A DNA stretch of 51,337 bases from Verrucomicrobiota bacterium (GTDB taxonomy: Bacteria > Verrucomicrobiota > Verrucomicrobiia > Limisphaerales > CANJSG01): the NCBI GenBank assembly GCA_038209745.1, contig JBBQXJ010000029.1, forward strand, positions 1 to 51,337. The letters run 5' to 3'. The notes under the pieces are model-generated. The model was not told where the DNA came from. It did not search any database and worked only from the letters and a program-made list of their open reading frames with translations. Numbering within the stretch: the first letter of the stretch is position 1; each line of letters begins with the position of its first letter. A program made the translations under genes and the position numbers. Shown piece by piece: positions 47,425 through 51,337 of this stretch.

Positions 47425-47638
47425 CGTCACGGTTTGGTTTGTCCGGTCTGACGAACTCATAAATTCCACAGACCAATGCAGCCACTATTAGAACTCCGCG
47501 CAGTATCACGACCCAAAGCGACTCCCCTCGATCTGTAACAGAAATGGAAACCAAGAGGAGGGCCATGCAAACGCAAACTATCAGCGTCGTCCAACAACGT
47601 CCCCATTTGCTGAGTCTATTTTGAATCGTTTGGCTCAT
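47420..47638 (-). CDS. Small two-TM hypothetical protein (integron cassette ORF)
   Basis: 72 aa, two hydrophobic helices, visibly AT-richer than the flanks, bracketed by the 11-bp inverted pair GTTTAGGCGTC / GACGCCTAAAC. Confidence 0.7.
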   Translation of the reverse strand: MSQTIQNRLSKWGRCWTTLIVCVCMALLLVSISVTDRGESLWVVILRGVLIVAALVCGIYEFVRPDKPNRDA

Positions 47639-47726
47639 GGCACGGTGCGACGCCTAAACGTCTGGGTCGCTTCGGTGGAACCGGCACGGCTGATAAGTTT
47701 GCCACCCATAATCGCGGCTGCATTCC

Positions 47727-47757
47727 TTCGGCCTTTGGCCTTCGGATTTCTGGTTTC
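47727..47757. repeat. Degenerate heptamer tandem repeat
   Basis: TTCGGCC TTTGGCC TTCGGAT TTCTGGT TTC. Confidence 0.5.
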
Positions 47758-47764
47758 ACCAAGC

Positions 47765-50329
47765 TCACCTGCCGCCGACCTTCATCAGTTCGGCCGCTGT
47801 CCAGGCCTCGGTCTGGGCCGACGTTTCGCCGCGAACCTTGGCGACCATCTCGGGCGTGACCGGGCTGCCGGTGTTGTCCCATTCGCGCCGGGCGTAGGTG
47901 ATCATGGCGGCGAGCTGCGCGTCCCCCATCGTGCCCAGTCCGGGCATCTCCATCTCGAAGCGGCGGCCGCCGACGTCGATCGGACCGCGCACGCCGTGCA
48001 GGACGATGCGGATGATGCGGTCGGCCGGGCCGTTGGCCCATTCCGACTCCGCGAGCGGCGGGGCCAGACCGTCCAATCCCAGTCCGTTCAGCTGATGACA
48101 GGCGCCGCAGGTGGAGAGGTAGAGCGTCTTGCCCTGGTCGAACAGAGCCTGCTCGCTCTGGGTCAGCGCGGGCACGACCGGCGGCGGAACATAGCCCGGC
48201 TGGCCGGGCCAGGTGATCAACCCGGCGATCTTGGCGGCGGCGGCCTTGACCTTCGCCTGGGACGAGGACTCAAAGCCCCGGAACGCCTTGGGCTCTTCGG
48301 TGAAGACGACCCGTTTTCCGGATTTCGATTTGCTGGCCACTTCAGCCAGAGCATCCAGCGCCGCGTCTTGTTCCCATTCGGGGGCGTTGGCCAGGAGTTC
48401 GAACATCCGGCCGACGGAAGGCGCCTTGGCCGCGACCATCACGCAGCGCGCCAATCCGGCGATCATCTCGCTCGCGGCTTCGTCCTGTTTCAACGTCTTG
48501 TCGCCGAGGAGCCGCTCCAGAAACTCGACTTCCCGGTTCCACAATCCCGACAGCAGCGCATCCCTCACGATGGGATTGTTGGCCGAGTTCTTGGCGATCG
48601 ACACCATCGCCGCTTCCGCCGCGCGGTCGTGCACCATGCCGAGAGTGAGGGCGAGCTGGAGCCGAACATCGCCCTGGGAATCCTGGGCCATGGCGATCAG
48701 GCGCGGAAGGATCGCGGCCGACTGTCCCGAGCGAATCAGCCCCTCGCTGAGACGAATGGCCGCCACCCGCACCTTGGGATCGCGGGAGGACGACGCCGCC
48801 AACAGCGTGCCGGCGTCGAGTTGGTTCAATCCTTCCAAGGTCCAGAGAGCGTGCAGTTGACCGAAAGACGACCGGCCGGCCTTGACGACCTTGGCCAACT
48901 GCGCCCCGAGACTCTCGTCCTGGCTGCCGACCAACAGACGTTGAGCCGTATCGCGGGTCCAGCCGTTGGGGCTCGACAAGGCCGCGACCAGTTCAGCCTG
49001 GCTGGCCGACTCCAGCTTGGGCGCCGCACTGTTCGTGGGGCTTCCATAGACCACCCGGTAGATGCGGCCCATGTCCACCGGTGCCTGGAGGTTGCGCGAC
49101 TCGGTCTGCCCACGCAGATAGCTGGTCAGATAGATGCGGTGCTGGATGAGTCCGCGGTGCAGGTCGACGATGTAGAGCGCGCCGTCGGGACCGTTGTAGA
49201 GGTTCACCGGACGGAACCGCTCCTCGGTCGAGGCGAGGAACTCCTTGTCGTCCCAGGCCTGTTTGCCGGTCACCGTCCCGTCGATGTCCGTGAAGATGTC
49301 CCGCTTGATCAGGTTGGCCGAAGGCTCGGGCACGAAGGCGTTGCCCCGATACTCCCTCGGGAAATTGTCACCGCGATAGATCACCGGACCGGCGGCGGCG
49401 GTGAAGGTTCGCAGCTTCCCGTCTTCCCGGAGCGTCCCGGGCTGATAGCCGCGATTGACGCCCGGATTGACCCGGATCGGATACGTATTCTGGTTGCGGA
49501 TCGGATCGACGTTCAGCCCGGCCGGGGAACGCAGATTGGGATTGCGCGCCAAGTAGGCCGACGGGACGAGGTCCATTCGGAATTGGTCGCTGTTCGAGTT
49601 GTAGACGAGACGCCCGTAGTTGTCCTGGGACATGCCCCATTGGCCCCGGAAGGCGGTGGTCTCGCGCTTCCAGGTGCCGTCGGTGTTGCGGAAACGGGTC
49701 GTGTGGTTCGCGCTGTAGATCCAGTTGTCCATCGCCCACATCAGTCCGTTGGAAGCATGCTCCGGATTCGACTGCGGCCCCCGGCTCGGGTCGTTCTCCT
49801 TGGCGTAGTCGTTGGCGATCTCTTTGCGCGGTCCGGCGGTCTGGTCTTTGTTGATCGGGTAGAACCACAGCTTGGGCGGTTCCGCCACAAGCAAACCCCC
49901 ATGCACCAGCGAGAGGGCGCGGGGCATGACCAGTCCATCGGCGAAGATCCGGCGCTTGTCCATGCGGCCGTCGCCGTCCGTGTCTTCCAGGATGACAATC
50001 TTGCCGACGGGATCCCCTTCCCCCTTGCCGTCCGGGGTCTGCATGTAGCCCGTCATTTCCACGATCCACATGCGCCCATCGCCGTCGAACTGCATGGCCA
50101 CGGGCGACTGCACCAACGGCTCCGCCGCGACCAATTGGATGCGGAAGCCATCCTCGATGACGAAGGTCTTGAGGGACTCCTCCGGCGAGAGAACGGGGGC
50201 GGGAGGGATGAGTTCGACCGGAACCCGGTTGGTCTGCTTTTCGCCGGCCTTGTCTCCGTTCTGGGCCTGGACGGTGAGGGAAGCCACCAGAAGGAGGCCG
50301 ACCGTGATGGAATGCTTGAATCGCGACAT
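47765..50329 (-). CDS. PVC-type dehydrogenase-like beta-propeller + HEAT repeat + cytochrome c protein
   Basis: Signal peptide after ATG 50329; SPEESLKTF, LVAAEP, LEDTDGDGRMD, RGQWG, FRPV....GPDGALYIVD; CGACH, APPL, MP heme domain. Confidence 0.87.
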   Translation of the reverse strand: MSRFKHSITVGLLLVASLTVQAQNGDKAGEKQTNRVPVELIPPAPVLSPEESLKTFVIEDGFRIQLVAAEPLVQSPVAMQFDGDGRMWIVEMTGYMQTPDGKGEGDPVGKIVILEDTDGDGRMDKRRIFADGLVMPRALSLVHGGLLVAEPPKLWFYPINKDQTAGPRKEIANDYAKENDPSRGPQSNPEHASNGLMWAMDNWIYSANHTTRFRNTDGTWKRETTAFRGQWGMSQDNYGRLVYNSNSDQFRMDLVPSAYLARNPNLRSPAGLNVDPIRNQNTYPIRVNPGVNRGYQPGTLREDGKLRTFTAAAGPVIYRGDNFPREYRGNAFVPEPSANLIKRDIFTDIDGTVTGKQAWDDKEFLASTEERFRPVNLYNGPDGALYIVDLHRGLIQHRIYLTSYLRGQTESRNLQAPVDMGRIYRVVYGSPTNSAAPKLESASQAELVAALSSPNGWTRDTAQRLLVGSQDESLGAQLAKVVKAGRSSFGQLHALWTLEGLNQLDAGTLLAASSSRDPKVRVAAIRLSEGLIRSGQSAAILPRLIAMAQDSQGDVRLQLALTLGMVHDRAAEAAMVSIAKNSANNPIVRDALLSGLWNREVEFLERLLGDKTLKQDEAASEMIAGLARCVMVAAKAPSVGRMFELLANAPEWEQDAALDALAEVASKSKSGKRVVFTEEPKAFRGFESSSQAKVKAAAAKIAGLITWPGQPGYVPPPVVPALTQSEQALFDQGKTLYLSTCGACHQLNGLGLDGLAPPLAESEWANGPADRIIRIVLHGVRGPIDVGGRRFEMEMPGLGTMGDAQLAAMITYARREWDNTGSPVTPEMVAKVRGETSAQTEAWTAAELMKVGGR

Positions 50330-50429
50330 GATCGTTGGAACTGCTGGAAAACTACGCAGGACGCGACCCGAGGCAAGCAAGGGGAATCGAATCTTGGCTC
50401 TTCCAGGGTCGACGAAAGGAGTCGATCGA

Positions 50430-50714
50430 ATGTCTAACGACGCGTCACTGCAAAAGGACCGGAAGGAGGGAGCACCCATTGACCCGCAACGAGAAGAACT
50501 CGGCCCATGGATTGAGCTCACTCGATGGGTCTCGGCTTGGTCCAGCCTTCCAGCGCCCGCCCAGCAGACCATTGAGACTTTGCCGGACGCTCAGCCGGAA
50601 CAATGCAGTGGAGATTTGGGGAACCGCCCGCCCCGGGCGCAAGTTCGCACGCCATCGCCCACAAGGAGTGAAGAGGCTTCGGCACGGCGCTCAGACAGAT
50701 CCGCGTCCGGATGA
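50430..50714 (+). CDS. Hypothetical protein (doubtful)
   Basis: 94-aa ORF preceded by a Shine-Dalgarno-like AAAGGAG 8 nt upstream; no recognisable motif. Confidence 0.3.
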   Translation: MSNDASLQKDRKEGAPIDPQREELGPWIELTRWVSAWSSLPAPAQQTIETLPDAQPEQCSGDLGNRPPRAQVRTPSPTRSEEASARRSDRSASG

Positions 50715-50799
50715 GCCCTCTTCCCGTAGTTCTTTTCTACATTTCCAGAGTATTGGAACGCCTACTTCCCCGCCGCGCACCTCCCGCGCCTCCACGCCT

Positions 50800-51196
50800 T
50801 TGAGCTGATGATGGCCCCCGGTCGCCGCCGTCACACCAGCAACACACCTTGGTCGGTGCCGTTTCGGCACCTGTCCGGATAGGTCCAGGAGCAGGACGAA
50901 CTCCCGACACGATGAGCGCGGCGACACCCGGTCGAACCAAGTTCTCTCTGCAAGAAGATCGGAACACAACGAAGCCCCTCCGCAAGGGAGGGCGGAAAGG
51001 AAAGAGCTTTTAGCAAGACCGCGAGCGCGAGAACCCGAAACAGCCGGAAGCCTCTGTCGTCAGCGAAACCCAGCCGCTGCCGCGCGCGCCTCGGGCCGTG
51101 TGCCAACACCTCCACTGGCGCTCCGCTCCGCGCGACGAAACCCTCACCGAATAAAACCTGCCGGACCCAGCCTCAACCCTTGACAAATCTCATAGG
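50800..51196 (+). mobile_element. Putative non-coding right end of an IS110/IS1111-type element (left boundary uncertain)
   Basis: No credible ORF; several hairpins; ends CTTGACAAATCTCATAGG with an outward-facing TTGACA, directly abutting an attC half-site. Confidence 0.4.
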
Positions 51197-51217
51197 CGCT
51201 GCAGCGCATGGTTAGCG
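51197..51217 (-). mobile_element. attC left half-site (R''-L''), truncated
   Basis: Minus strand CGCTAAC-CATGC-GCTGCAGCG; 51200-51215 matches 47408-47423 at 15/16 positions. Confidence 0.6.
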
Positions 51218-51337
51218 AACCAACCGCCTCGAAGGCGGAGCAACGACGTGAGAAACTGGCTTGGCATCGGGCGGCTTGGGCGGATCATGGACGCTGGCGG
51301 ACGGACGGCAGTGTATCCCGGCCAGCCAATGGTGATC

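Noticed and set aside
47621..50437. Long antisense/alternate-frame ORFs (also 17214-19250, 20959-22755, 30026-31696, 33613-34980, 363-1628)
   Set aside because: Stop-poor shadow frames typical of high-GC3 genes; they lie over motif-supported genes and have no motifs of their own.
50432..50438. Minus-strand GTTAGAC as the missing R' box of the attC at 51197-51217
   Set aside because: It fits GTTRRRY, but no adjacent L' box (CTGAGC-like) or stem complementary to the left half is present; a 7-mer can occur by chance.
1..51337. CRISPR array, prophage, intact transposase or integron integrase
   Set aside because: No regularly spaced repeats, phage structural genes, DDE/DEDD transposase or tyrosine recombinase ORF were recognised.

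Overview
GC-rich bacterial chromosome segment, most likely Verrucomicrobiota (inferred from PVC-type heme-binding CxxCH proteins, VTC and DUF547 genes, and the style of the intergenic repeats). It is mostly housekeeping and accessory genes: a polyprenyl synthetase/prenyltransferase pair, GspE-like ATPase, ilvN-ilvC, engB, dnaX, a TetR-regulated AcrAB-OprM-type RND operon, lepA-lepB, an ECF sigma/anti-sigma pair, tRNA-Ser(GGA), two esterase fusions, three large beta-propeller/cytochrome c proteins, and a chrA + DUF547-TVP38-disulfide oxidoreductase + redoxin + arsS cluster. The most interesting signals are non-coding. (1) A solitary integron-type gene cassette with a degenerate attC sits directly upstream of arsS, with no integrase in the window. 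(2) A second attC half-site near the window end is cut by a structured ~400-nt non-coding segment ending in CTTGACA-N5-CATAGG, possibly a transposase-less remnant of an attC-targeting IS110/IS1111 element carrying a bridge/seek RNA. (3) An unannotated Ile/Leu/Val leader-peptide attenuator precedes ilvN-ilvC. (4) There is a nested palindromic REP/MITE-like element and two candidate structured RNAs. No CRISPR array, rRNA or intact transposase/integrase was seen. All family assignments come from motif recognition by eye, not from database searches.
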